DNA of 64,000 bases. Origin: Polyangiales bacterium. GTDB lineage: Bacteria; Myxococcota_A; Polyangia; Polyangiales; Polyangiaceae. Made by a program: the position numbers and the translations under genes. How positions within the stretch are numbered: the stretch's first letter is position 1; each line of letters begins with the position of its first letter. Below are positions 42,545 to 51,983 of the stretch, piece after piece. The DNA lies in contig JBBRLQ010000001.1 of the NCBI GenBank assembly GCA_038231275.1, positions 288,001-352,000 of the forward strand. Direction: 5' to 3'. A model generated the notes under the pieces. It was not told the DNA's origin. It ran no database searches and was given only the letters and a program-made list of their open reading frames with translations.

Positions 42545-43153
42545 TCAGAACTTCAGCGTGACGTTGGCCTGCGCGCCTTTTGGGGCGGCGGCGGGAGACG
42601 GTGCCGTCGAAGGCGTGATCGACGTGCTGCCGAGGAACGACATTCCAACGCCGATCCCTGCGGCCGCGGCGCCGCCGGCAAGCATCGGGATGGCGAGCGA
42701 GTACTTGTCGAACTGCTTGTCGCCTTGGCCGAACGTCGCCACGACGACGATGCCGCCGATGATCGAGACGACGCCGATCGCGATCAGGATCGTCCCCAGC
42801 GTCTTCACCGTCGCGTCGCCGGTCTTCACTTGGACGTTCATCGGCCAGCGGTCCACCGTGACGAGCTCGTGTCCCGAGGACTGCGTCGGGCCGAGCGTCT
42901 CGAACGTGTAGATGCCCGGGGTCAGCTTGAGCTCGAGCGGGGCGATGCCGACGCGCTCGAACGTATCGATCTCGGGGTGGCGCGGCACCGGCCCCTTCGC
43001 GACGTAGATCTCGGTGTCCGTGTGATCGCTCGTGATGGTGAGCTTGGTCCCTTGCGGGTCCTCGATCTTGGGAGGCTCCGCGCGTGCGACCGGTGCAACC
43101 CCCAGCGAGGCCAGCGCCGCGCCGAGGATCGCGACGCCTCGCGCCGGCGTCAC
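42545..43153 (-). CDS. Hypothetical exported/membrane protein
   Basis: GTG overlaps the Nudix TGA; signal peptide, beta domain, two hydrophobic helices, terminal Phe. Confidence 0.75.
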   Translation of the reverse strand: MTPARGVAILGAALASLGVAPVARAEPPKIEDPQGTKLTITSDHTDTEIYVAKGPVPRHPEIDTFERVGIAPLELKLTPGIYTFETLGPTQSSGHELVTVDRWPMNVQVKTGDATVKTLGTILIAIGVVSIIGGIVVVATFGQGDKQFDKYSLAIPMLAGGAAAAGIGVGMSFLGSTSITPSTAPSPAAAPKGAQANVTLKF

Positions 43154-43551
43154 GAGACGCCGAGCAGCTTGTTCATCGAGGCTTCGTCCGCGGGCGTGAA
43201 CGGGTACTGGTCGAACTCCGCGCTCGCGACCCATTTGTACGCCGTCACCGCGCGCGACTCGAGCTTGTCGCCGAGCAGGCGGCACTCGTAGAGGAAGAGA
43301 TCGACGACGTAGTGCTCGTACGGGTGGCTCACGAAGCTGATGAGCTTGCCGACCTCGATGTCAGCGCCGAGGCGATGCAGCACCTCGCGCTTCAGCGCCT
43401 GCACGTCGGTCTCGCCCGGCTCGACGCGACCGCCCGGGAACTCCCACATGAGCGGCAGCACCGCGGTCGCGCGGCGCTGGGTGATGAGGTACTTTCCCTC
43501 CTGCTCCAGCACGGCGGCGACGACGCGAATCGTGCGGGGCTGCGAGCTCAT
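43150..43551 (-). CDS. MutT-like Nudix protein with degenerate Nudix box
   Basis: IRVVAAV, WEFPGGRVEPGETDVQALKREVLHRLG, PAD. Confidence 0.88.
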   Translation of the reverse strand: MSSQPRTIRVVAAVLEQEGKYLITQRRATAVLPLMWEFPGGRVEPGETDVQALKREVLHRLGADIEVGKLISFVSHPYEHYVVDLFLYECRLLGDKLESRAVTAYKWVASAEFDQYPFTPADEASMNKLLGVS

Positions 43552-43555
43552 CAAC

Positions 43556-44683
43556 TCACATTGCCACGCGGAACAGCTGCTGTCCCATCAGGAGGACGTC
43601 GCCGGAGCGAACCTCGGTCTCCTCGTACAGGCGGATGAAGGTGCCGTTCGAGCTTCCGAGATCGGTCAGCATGAGCCGGCCGTTCTCCCACGCGAGGCGG
43701 CAGTGGAGGCCCGACACGTACCCGTCCTCGGGGAAGAGCACGTCGCCGCGCTCGCGACCGAGGTGGACGCCGGTCTCGGGGACCGGGAAGGCGTTGCCGG
43801 TGGTGTCGCGGCCCGTCACGAGCGCGATGCGGCCTACGTACCCCTTCGAGGGCGCGCCGAGGCGCTCGACGCCGTCGGGGGTGGCGGGCTGCGGAGTGAC
43901 CGGCTCGAAGCGCAGGATTTCCTGCCCGATGCGGAAGATGCAGTTGGGACGAACCTCCACCGCGGCGTCGCGCTGGAGCTTCTTGTAGACGCCGTTGAGC
44001 GACGCGTCGTCCTTCACCATGATCTTGCCGGGCCCCGCGGGGCGGAAGGTGGCGTGGCGCGGCGAGAGGTAGCTGTCGCCGGCGAAGATGCCGCCGGCGT
44101 CGCGACCGACGGTGACGTTGCCAGAGGGCAAGGTGTAGGTGCCGGCTTCGCTGCCGTCGGCGCGCAGCGCGGTGAGCGAGACGGTGCCGCTCGACGCGAC
44201 CGGGGCCTCGGCGACGGGCGCCGCCGGACGGGCGGAGACACCTCCGAGGCGAAATCCGCAGGAGCCACAAAAGAGGTTGGTCGGCCCGTTCACGTGTCCG
44301 CATTGCGGACAGAGAACGGTCGCCGATCCGGGAGGCGCGCCGCCGCCCGAGGGCGCGGGGCCGACGTTGGACTGCCGCTCGGGCGCCTGCGCGACGGCGG
44401 ACGGCGGCGGAGCCGGACGGTACGCGGAGCCAGGCGCGAGCCCCGCCGGCACCGCGGCAGTGGATGCGAGAGACGAGGGAATAAAGGCGGGCGGAGGCAC
44501 CGGCGCAGCGGCGGGCGGAGGCTGCTGCGCGACGACGGCGGGCGAGGCCGCCTTCATGCCGTGCGGCGGCGTCTGCGGCGAAAACGGCTTAGGCGCAGCG
44601 TCACGCGGGAGCTCGGCGCCGCATCCCAAACAGAACTTGTAATGGTCCTGGTTGTCCTTGGCGCACTTCGGACAAGTGATCAC
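43556..44683 (-). CDS. Zinc-ribbon plus tandem FHA domain protein
   Basis: CPKC..FCLGCG, CPQC..FCGSCG; GR..SPRHA..SLNG; GR..SGLH..DLGSSNGT. Confidence 0.92.
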   Translation of the reverse strand: MITCPKCAKDNQDHYKFCLGCGAELPRDAAPKPFSPQTPPHGMKAASPAVVAQQPPPAAAPVPPPAFIPSSLASTAAVPAGLAPGSAYRPAPPPSAVAQAPERQSNVGPAPSGGGAPPGSATVLCPQCGHVNGPTNLFCGSCGFRLGGVSARPAAPVAEAPVASSGTVSLTALRADGSEAGTYTLPSGNVTVGRDAGGIFAGDSYLSPRHATFRPAGPGKIMVKDDASLNGVYKKLQRDAAVEVRPNCIFRIGQEILRFEPVTPQPATPDGVERLGAPSKGYVGRIALVTGRDTTGNAFPVPETGVHLGRERGDVLFPEDGYVSGLHCRLAWENGRLMLTDLGSSNGTFIRLYEETEVRSGDVLLMGQQLFRVAM

Positions 44684-44871
44684 TGTGCCTCCACAAAAAA
44701 GCGCGTGTCGCGAACCGCTTCGCCCCCAAACAGGCGCGATGCTTTGAGTATCAAGACCCTATCAGAGGGGTCAAGCGAAGTGCGCTTCTAATGGTCCCGG
44801 CCCGGGGTTAGGCTCCGCCTTCCAAATCAGCGGCGCCCTCTCGAGGTGCGCCGCGCAAACGGAGTCCAGCC

Positions 44872-45447
44872 ATGCCCGACGCGACCTTTCCGCCCATCAA
44901 CGTCCCTGGCACCGGCCAGCTTTACGCCCGCTTCGTGACCTCCCTCGGGAGCATCATCGTGCGCCTCGAAGAGCAGCGCGCGCCCGACACCGTGAAGAAC
45001 TTCGTCGGCCTCGCGACCGGCACCCAGCCCTTCACCGACCCGCGCGACGGGCAGCTGAAGGAGGGCGTGCCGTACTACGACGGCACGGTCTTCCACCGCG
45101 TCATCCCGAGCTTCATGATCCAAGGCGGCGACCGCCTCGGACGCGGCACCGGCGGCCCCGGCTACCGCTTCAAGGACGAATTCCACCCCGAGCTCCGGCA
45201 CACCGGCCCCGGCGTGCTCTCGATGGCCAACTCCGGCCCAGGGACGAACGGGTCGCAGTTCTTCATCACCGAGAAGGCGACGCCGCACCTCGACAACCGC
45301 CACTCCGTCTTCGGCGTCGCGGTGGGCGGCGCCGACGTCATCGGCAAAATCACCGGCACGCCGCGCGACGGGCGCGACAAGCCGAACACCGACGTGGTCC
45401 TCCAGAAGGTGGAAATCTTCCGCAGCGACACGCCCCCCGCGGGCTGA
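44872..45447 (+). CDS. Cyclophilin-type peptidyl-prolyl isomerase
   Basis: FHRVIPSFMIQGGD, SMANSGPGTNGSQFFIT. Confidence 0.96.
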   Translation: MPDATFPPINVPGTGQLYARFVTSLGSIIVRLEEQRAPDTVKNFVGLATGTQPFTDPRDGQLKEGVPYYDGTVFHRVIPSFMIQGGDRLGRGTGGPGYRFKDEFHPELRHTGPGVLSMANSGPGTNGSQFFITEKATPHLDNRHSVFGVAVGGADVIGKITGTPRDGRDKPNTDVVLQKVEIFRSDTPPAG

Positions 45448-45461
45448 CATTCACTGCGAGC

Positions 45462-46319
45462 TCACTGCAAGACGTTGTGCACGCCGGCGATCGGCCCGGA
45501 GGCGGGCGGCGCCGGCGGCGTCTTTTCGGCAACGTATTTTCCGACGCGCTTCTCGCGGAGGGCCGAGAGGCGCGCGAGCAGGAGGGCTCGCGTCTCCGGC
45601 GTGAGCGCGCGCGCGCGGGATACGGTGGTGATCGCGACGTCGGCGTCGTGGATCTCGCCCAGGCGCTTTTGGAAGCGCGCCGCTCGTTCGGCGAGGCCTG
45701 CGACCTCTTCGGGGAGCGCGCCGGCGAGGAGCTCGGCGGCGTAGCGCAGCTCCTTGTACGCGATGCGAAGATCGTGGAGACCGACGGCGTCGTCGGTGGG
45801 GACGTCGCTCAGCTTCTCGACCTGGCGGCGCGCGCTCTCGACGCAGCGGCGCGCGTATTTTCCAAGGTTTCTGTCTCGTTTTGGCAAGGCGGGCAGCGTC
45901 ACGAGTGCGCGGAGCAGGAGGCGCGCCTTCGCGAGCTCACCGCCCGAGACGCGCGCGACCGTCGCGCGGCGCAAGCGCCGCTCGCGCGCCGACCGAAGAG
46001 CGCGCCACGCGACGAACGAAGGCTCTTCCACGGCGACCGCGTCCAGCGTTTCGTCGAGCACCTCCTCGTCGCGGAGCTCGCCGGTCGCGCGAAACACCTC
46101 GGTGTACGCGAGGCGCACGGCGTCGGCGTGGAACCGCCCGTAGACCGGACGCGCCAATCGCAAGAGCGTGCGCAGGCGGCGTATCGCGACGCGCAAATCG
46201 TGGATCGCCTCTTCGTCGGCGTCCTTCACGACGCGCGGGATCGCCCTGCCCACCGCGACGTCGAGGCGCCGAAGCATCGGCGCGAGGAACGGCGAGATGC
46301 GGCGCGCGGGCGGCTTCAC
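45462..46319 (-). CDS. CHAD domain protein
   Basis: IHDLRVAIRRLR, LHDLRIAYKELRY, QKRLGEIHD. Confidence 0.92.
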   Translation of the reverse strand: MKPPARRISPFLAPMLRRLDVAVGRAIPRVVKDADEEAIHDLRVAIRRLRTLLRLARPVYGRFHADAVRLAYTEVFRATGELRDEEVLDETLDAVAVEEPSFVAWRALRSARERRLRRATVARVSGGELAKARLLLRALVTLPALPKRDRNLGKYARRCVESARRQVEKLSDVPTDDAVGLHDLRIAYKELRYAAELLAGALPEEVAGLAERAARFQKRLGEIHDADVAITTVSRARALTPETRALLLARLSALREKRVGKYVAEKTPPAPPASGPIAGVHNVLQ

Positions 46320-47974
46320 GTCACGACCTCGCGGATGACCTGGGCGATCGTCATCGGCTTGTACGCTAGCGCGCGGGCGAGGATGCGTCGAACCGCGAGG
46401 CGCGCGGCCTCGGCGATCGCGGCGTCGTCGGCGCTTCGAGGGAGCCCGGCGACCGCGGCGATCACCTCACGGCGGGCGTCGGCGAGGAGAGCGGCCTCGG
46501 TCCCTTCGTCGAGGACGCCGCGCGTGGCGAGTCGAACGTCGCGCGCGCGGCCGTCCGCGCCGACGATCACCGCGCACGAGACGATGCCCCCCTCGGCGAG
46601 CACCTCACGATCGCGGAGGACCGCCTTCGGAATCGCGCGGCCGCCGAAGACGTGGACGCGGCCGGCAGGGACGGTGCCGCCGCGAGCGATGCCCGATGCG
46701 GTCAGCTCGCCGACCTGGCCGTTCTCGAGGACGAGCACCTCTCCGACGCCGACCTCGCGCGCGAGCGCCGCGTGGCGATCGAGGTGATGGCGCGTGCCGT
46801 GAACCGGAATGAAGGCGCGCGGGCGGACGAGCTCCAGCATTCGCCGCTGCTCGGCGCGGTGCGCGTGCCCGCTGACGTGGATGCCGCGATCGGTCGCGCG
46901 CGTCCGCACGGTGACCCCGCGACGCAGGAGGTCGCCGAAGATGGCGTACACCTCGGGCTCGCGTCCGGGGATGATGCGGCTCGACAGCACGACGGTGTCT
47001 CCCTCGCCGAGCGCGAGGCCGGGATGCTCGCCGCGTGAGAGTCGAGCGAGCGCCGCGCTGGCCTCGCCCTGCGATCCGGTCGCGACGCCGAGGATGCGCT
47101 CCTTTGGGAGCTCTCGCGCACGATCGGCCGGAAAAACAAGGTCGCTGGGCCAGTCCAGGTACCCCGTCGCGTGCGCGACGCGCGAGTGCGTGCCGACGCT
47201 GCGCCCGAGGAGGACGAGCTTGCGCCCGGTCTTCTTCGCGATGTCGCCGAGGAGGCGGAGGCGATGGACGTTGGACGCGAAAATAGCGACGACCACCGCG
47301 CCCTTCGCGTCGCGCACGATCGGCTCGAGCGCGTCGCCCACGCCGATCTCGTCGCCCGCGTACCCCTCGGAGTCGATGTTGGTGGAGTCGCTGAAGAGGA
47401 GCGCGACGCCGGCGTCTCCCAGCTCCGCGAGTCGCGCGGTGTCGAACGCCTCGCCGTCGGTCGGCGCCTCGTCGAATTTGAAATCGCCGGAGTGGACGAC
47501 GGTCCCCACCGCGGTGGTGATGGCGAGCGCCGTCGCGTCGGCGATGGAGTGGGTGACGCGGATCGGCTCCACCACGAACGGCCCGACCTGGTAGCGCGTG
47601 CGCGGCGTGATCGCGACGAGGTTCGCGTGCTCGAGGACCTCGTGCTCGCCGAGCCGCTCGCGCACGAGCCCCAGCGCGTACGGCGGCGCCCACACCGGCA
47701 CGTCGAACCGGCGCAAGAGGTACGGCAGCGCGCCGATGTGATCCTCGTGCCCGTGCGTGACGAAGACGCCGCAGATACGGTCGCGGTACGCGTCGAGCGC
47801 CGAGAACTCCGGGTGCACGACGTCGACCCCGAGGCCGCGGTCGTCGAACGTGACGCCGCAGTCGACGAGCATGACCTGCCCGCCCTGCTCGAAGGCCATG
47901 CAGTTCATGCCGATCTCCCCCAGGCCTCCGAGGGGAAAAATGCGCAGAACGGCGGGGGACGGCGTCGCCACCAT
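46316..47974 (-). CDS. rnj: Ribonuclease J
   Basis: PLGGLGEIGMN, THGHEDHIG, HSIAD, DSTN, TGSQGE, HVSGH, PVHG. Confidence 0.96.
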   Translation of the reverse strand: MVATPSPAVLRIFPLGGLGEIGMNCMAFEQGGQVMLVDCGVTFDDRGLGVDVVHPEFSALDAYRDRICGVFVTHGHEDHIGALPYLLRRFDVPVWAPPYALGLVRERLGEHEVLEHANLVAITPRTRYQVGPFVVEPIRVTHSIADATALAITTAVGTVVHSGDFKFDEAPTDGEAFDTARLAELGDAGVALLFSDSTNIDSEGYAGDEIGVGDALEPIVRDAKGAVVVAIFASNVHRLRLLGDIAKKTGRKLVLLGRSVGTHSRVAHATGYLDWPSDLVFPADRARELPKERILGVATGSQGEASAALARLSRGEHPGLALGEGDTVVLSSRIIPGREPEVYAIFGDLLRRGVTVRTRATDRGIHVSGHAHRAEQRRMLELVRPRAFIPVHGTRHHLDRHAALAREVGVGEVLVLENGQVGELTASGIARGGTVPAGRVHVFGGRAIPKAVLRDREVLAEGGIVSCAVIVGADGRARDVRLATRGVLDEGTEAALLADARREVIAAVAGLPRSADDAAIAEAARLAVRRILARALAYKPMTIAQVIREVVT

Positions 47975-48025
47975 GGGCGAGGCTTCTAGCACGCGCCGCG
48001 CGCTGATACGCTACACGCTCGGCGC

Positions 48026-48940
48026 ATGGGCACCCTCGACAACAGGCGGTTCGTCATCGTCACCGGCAAGGGGGGCGTCGGGAAGACCACGGTGTGCGCG
48101 GCGTTGGCCGTCCACCTCGCGCAGCGCGGCAAGAGGGTGCTCGTGGCGATGTGCAACGCCAAGGAGCGCCTCTCGGCGATGCTCGGGAGCGATCTCATCG
48201 GCGCCGACGTCTCGAACGTCGCCCAGAACATCTGGGCCGTGAACATGGACCCCGAGCGCGCCGTCGAGGACTACGGGCTCATGACCCTCAAGTCGCGCAC
48301 GGTGTTCAAGCTCCTCTTCGACAACAAATACGTGCGGACCTTTTTCAGCGCCGTGCCAGGTCTCCACGAGTGGGCGATGCTCGGCAAAGCGTGGTGGCAC
48401 ACGACGGAGACGGACGAGACCGGCGCGCTCAAGTACGACACGGTCATCCTCGACGCGCCGGCGACGGGACACGGCCTCGACATGCTCCGCGTGCCCAAGG
48501 TGATCGTGGACGTCGTGCCACCGGGTCTCCTCCGTCGCGACGCCGAGCGCGCGTGGGCGCTCTTCCAAGACCCCAAGGCGTGCGCCGTCGTGCTCGTGAC
48601 GCTGCCCGAAGAGATGCCGACGACCGAGACGATCGAGCTTGCTGCAGCGCTTGGAGAGCTGCAGCTCCCGATCGCGCAGATCGTGGTGAACGGCGTGCTC
48701 CCTCCTCTCTTCTCGCGCCCCGAACGGGAGGCCCTCGAGAAGCACGCGGAGGGCGGGACCGCGCCGGGTGACGCGGCGATCGACGCGGGAAAGCACCGGG
48801 CGACGCGCGAGCGCGTGCAGGCCGAGAGCCTGGGACGCCTCGCCAAAGAGCTGCCGATCTCTCCGTCTTTTCTCCCGCTCCTCTTCGAGGACGCCGCAAA
48901 CCCGGCGGCGATTCGCGAGCTCGCCAAGCGCATCGGTTGA
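48026..48940 (+). CDS. ArsA/Get3-like P-loop ATPase (single domain)
   Basis: TGKGGVGKTT, DAPATGH, VTLPEEMP. Confidence 0.9.
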   Translation: MGTLDNRRFVIVTGKGGVGKTTVCAALAVHLAQRGKRVLVAMCNAKERLSAMLGSDLIGADVSNVAQNIWAVNMDPERAVEDYGLMTLKSRTVFKLLFDNKYVRTFFSAVPGLHEWAMLGKAWWHTTETDETGALKYDTVILDAPATGHGLDMLRVPKVIVDVVPPGLLRRDAERAWALFQDPKACAVVLVTLPEEMPTTETIELAAALGELQLPIAQIVVNGVLPPLFSRPEREALEKHAEGGTAPGDAAIDAGKHRATRERVQAESLGRLAKELPISPSFLPLLFEDAANPAAIRELAKRIG

Positions 48941-48941
48941 C

Positions 48942-48962
48942 TTCGTGTAAGTTCCACACGAT
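48942..48962. promoter_or_regulatory. NrtR box
   Basis: TCGTGT-AAGTTCC-ACACGA (GT-N7-AC palindrome), 10 bp before the nrtR start. Confidence 0.75.
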
Positions 48963-48971
48963 TCTCCGGCC

Positions 48972-49679
48972 GTGCCCTACACCTACGACTACCCGCGGCC
49001 GGCCGTCACGGCGGACGCCTGCATCTTCACGATGCATGGGGACGATCTCGCGGTGCTCCTCATCAAACGAAAGGGGCAGCCGTTCAAGGGGCACTGGGCC
49101 CTTCCGGGCGGCTTCGTCGACAAGAACGAGTCTCTCGAGAAGGCGGCGGCGCGCGAGCTCGAGGAGGAGACCGGGCTCACCGGCGTGGCGTTCGAGCAGC
49201 TCGCGGCGTTCGGCGATCCGGGCCGTGACCCGCGCGCGCACACCGTCACGATCGTGTTTTTCACATTCATCCACGCCGAGGCCGCGATCGTTCACGCGGG
49301 GGACGACGCGGCGGAGGTCGCGTGGCACCCGCTTCGCACACTGCCGCTCGACGGCGCGACCCGCGCGTCGATGCCCCGCCTCGCGTTCGATCACGCGCGC
49401 ATCTTGAACCTCGCGCGGCACCGCCTGCAGGAGCGCTTGCGCGATCCCGCCCGTGAGTCGTCGTTCCAGCTGGTGCCGCAACATTTCACGCTGACCGAGC
49501 TCCAGCGCGTCTACGAGGCCGTGCTCGGGCACGAGCTCGACAAGCGAAACTTCCGCGCCCGCTTCGTCGGGCGCGGGATCGTCGAGCCCGTCGCCGCGCG
49601 TCGCACCGGGAAGCATCGCCCCGCGCAGCTTTACCGATGGACCGTTGCGAAGCGGCGCACGCGCGCGCGAACCGCCTGA
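48972..49679 (+). CDS. nrtR: NrtR family Nudix plus winged-helix regulator
   Basis: WALPGGFVDKNESLEKAAARELEEETG, RDPR, LAFDH, FTLTELQRVYE..LDKRNFR..RPAQLY. Confidence 0.9.
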   Translation: MPYTYDYPRPAVTADACIFTMHGDDLAVLLIKRKGQPFKGHWALPGGFVDKNESLEKAAARELEEETGLTGVAFEQLAAFGDPGRDPRAHTVTIVFFTFIHAEAAIVHAGDDAAEVAWHPLRTLPLDGATRASMPRLAFDHARILNLARHRLQERLRDPARESSFQLVPQHFTLTELQRVYEAVLGHELDKRNFRARFVGRGIVEPVAARRTGKHRPAQLYRWTVAKRRTRARTA

Positions 49680-49712
49680 GGTCCAAAAAGGCGCTCTGGT
49701 ACTATCGCCCCG

Positions 49713-51152
49713 ATGTCCGCCCCGCATCCCATGCCTCCGAGCGTCTTGTCGCTCGACCTCGACGCGTTCGTGACCATCGCCGCGGCGATCCATCAGGGTC
49801 ACGCCGAAGCGCGGGCCACGTTCGAGTGCACGCTCGAGGCTCCGACGAAGAACCTCGGGTTCATGGTCCTCGCCGGCCTCGATCCGCTGCTGGATGCACT
49901 CGAGCGGTTCAAGCCCAAGCCCGAAGAGATCGAGTGGCTCGCGTCGATCGGCGCGATCGACGACGCCACGCGGCAGCTCCTCGGCGAGACGCGCTTCGCG
50001 TGCGACGTCGACGCGGCGCCCGAGGGCAGCGTCGTGTTCTCCGGAGAGCCTGTGCTCGCGGTCGAGGGCCCGTTCTGGCAAGCGCAGCTCGTCGGAGGCC
50101 TCGTCACGCGCGCGCTCACGCAGGCGACACTCGTGGCGACGCAGATGGCGCGCTGCGCGCTGGCGGCCGACGGGCGCGAGGTCATCGAGACCGGCGCGTC
50201 GAGCGCGTACGGACTCGCGGGCGGCACTCTCCTCGCCCGCGCGGCGTACATCGGCGGCGCCGGCGCGACGACATGCGCGCTCGCCGGTCGAAGGTACGAC
50301 GTCCCGTTGCGCGCCCCCCAGCCCGCGCGCGCGCTCACCGTGGCCGCGAGCGACGTCGCGACGTTCGAGAGCTGGCTGCAGGCCGCCCCCGCGCACGCGA
50401 CCCTTCGCATCGACGCCCACGACGCGCGCAAAGCGCTCGACCAGGCCGCGCGCGCGATCAAGAAAATCCACGGCAACGATAGCTGGGAGAAGCTCGGCTA
50501 CGCGCTCGAGGTGGCGGCCGGCGATCACGTCGAGGTCGCGCGCGCCGCGCTGCGCATCTTCCGCGCGCACGGCCTCAAGGAGCCGCTCCTCGTCGCGTCG
50601 GGCGGCCTCGACGAGTGGCGCATCGCCGAGCTCCGGCGCGAAGAGCCGCGCTTCGCCGCGTTCTCGGTCGACTCCCTCCTGCCCAACGGCGCCACGCGCA
50701 TTGCGCGCTACGATCTCGTCGCGATGGAAGAGGACGGCCGATGGGCGCCGCGCCTCCGCCTCGGCGACACCGTCCTCGCCTCGACGAACCCCGGCCGTAA
50801 GAAGGTGCTCCGCTACGTCGACGCCGACGGCCACCCGGTGTGCGACGTGCTCCACGCCGCGAACGAGCGCATCCAAGCGTCGAAGGACGCGCGCTTCGTG
50901 CACCGCGTCACAGGCTTCACGACGAAGGTGAGCGCGACGTCGAGCGCGCCGCTCCACGGCAACGTCATGCGGAGCGGCAGTCGCGTCGCCGCCGCCGAGA
51001 GCCCCGCCGTGAGCCGCGCTCGTGCACGCGCCGCCGTCGCGTCGCTCCGAAGCCCGAACCTCCGCCTCACGCGACCCGCGGTCTACCCCGTCGGCGCGAC
51101 CACGTCGCTCACCGCCCTCAAGGCGAAGCTCGTCGAAGAAGCGCTCCCCTAG
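49713..51152 (+). CDS. Nicotinate phosphoribosyltransferase (PncB)-like protein with degenerate catalytic motifs
   Basis: AAPEGSVVFSGEP, AQLV, ARAAYIGG, ASGGLDE, TNPGRKKV retained; follows nrtR. Confidence 0.8.
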   Translation: MSAPHPMPPSVLSLDLDAFVTIAAAIHQGHAEARATFECTLEAPTKNLGFMVLAGLDPLLDALERFKPKPEEIEWLASIGAIDDATRQLLGETRFACDVDAAPEGSVVFSGEPVLAVEGPFWQAQLVGGLVTRALTQATLVATQMARCALAADGREVIETGASSAYGLAGGTLLARAAYIGGAGATTCALAGRRYDVPLRAPQPARALTVAASDVATFESWLQAAPAHATLRIDAHDARKALDQAARAIKKIHGNDSWEKLGYALEVAAGDHVEVARAALRIFRAHGLKEPLLVASGGLDEWRIAELRREEPRFAAFSVDSLLPNGATRIARYDLVAMEEDGRWAPRLRLGDTVLASTNPGRKKVLRYVDADGHPVCDVLHAANERIQASKDARFVHRVTGFTTKVSATSSAPLHGNVMRSGSRVAAAESPAVSRARARAAVASLRSPNLRLTRPAVYPVGATTSLTALKAKLVEEALP

Positions 51153-51237
51153 CTTCTGGTGGTCGAAGAAATGACGAAGGCCCCTCTCCGCGGCGCGCGA
51201 AGAAGGGCCATCGGTGCATTCTGCAACTATCGGGCGT

Positions 51238-51846
51238 CTACTTTGCGTTGGCCGGGAGCATCGACTCGGCGCGCTTCTCGACGACGTCCCAGTTGATGTT
51301 GTCCCAGAACTTGGCGAGGTAGTCCGGGCGCTTCGTCGCGTAGTCGAGGAAGTACGCGTGCTCGAACTCGTCGAGGATGAGCAGCGGGATGGCGAGCCAC
51401 GGCGTGTGGTTCTGGTGCTGCTCGACGACGTACACGTGGCTCTTGTGATCGAGGAACGACCACGCCCACACCGCCCAACCCACCGGCGCGACCTTGCCGC
51501 CGCCGAGGAGCTGCGCCTTGAAGTTGTCGAGGTTGCCGAAGTGCGCGTTGATCAGCTTCTCGGTGATCTTGCCGGGCTTGGTGCCGGTGCCGCCGAGGTT
51601 CTCGAAATACATCTCGTGGAGGACGACGCCGTTGTGCGCCCACGTCTCGCGGCGCTTCAGCTCGCCCCACTCGGAGTAGTGCGGGTTCGCCTTCGACACG
51701 TCCGCCTTCTCGAGCGCGGCTTGGATGTTGTTGTACTGGGTGACGTAGCCCTTGTAGAGGACGTCGCGGTGCTCGGTCAGCGCTCTCTCGGAGAGAAAGC
51801 CCTCGACCTTTCCCTCGAGAGGGAACGACTTCGGTTCGATCGCCAT
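51238..51846 (-). CDS. Fe/Mn superoxide dismutase family protein
   Basis: H..LYKGYV, LHEMYFENL, DEFEHAYFLDY, NINW. Confidence 0.92.
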   Translation of the reverse strand: MAIEPKSFPLEGKVEGFLSERALTEHRDVLYKGYVTQYNNIQAALEKADVSKANPHYSEWGELKRRETWAHNGVVLHEMYFENLGGTGTKPGKITEKLINAHFGNLDNFKAQLLGGGKVAPVGWAVWAWSFLDHKSHVYVVEQHQNHTPWLAIPLLILDEFEHAYFLDYATKRPDYLAKFWDNINWDVVEKRAESMLPANAK

Positions 51847-51983
51847 TGAATCACCTGCCTAGCAAAAGGTGGTTGAAGCTGGTTGGTGGTGGTGTCTCGT
51901 TTTGGGGGGTGGAGGATAGGCGCGCCGAGCGCGTTTTGAAAAGGGTGGAGGTGGGGTATTCTCCGGGCTGGAGGTCAGTGGGG

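Noticed and set aside
48026-48940. Arsenic resistance operon
   Set aside because: Single-domain ATPase without arsB/C/D/R neighbours.
51176-51212. Intrinsic terminator between the pncB-like gene and sod
   Set aside because: Only an imperfect GGCCC/GGGCC stem with no U-tract; too weak to call.
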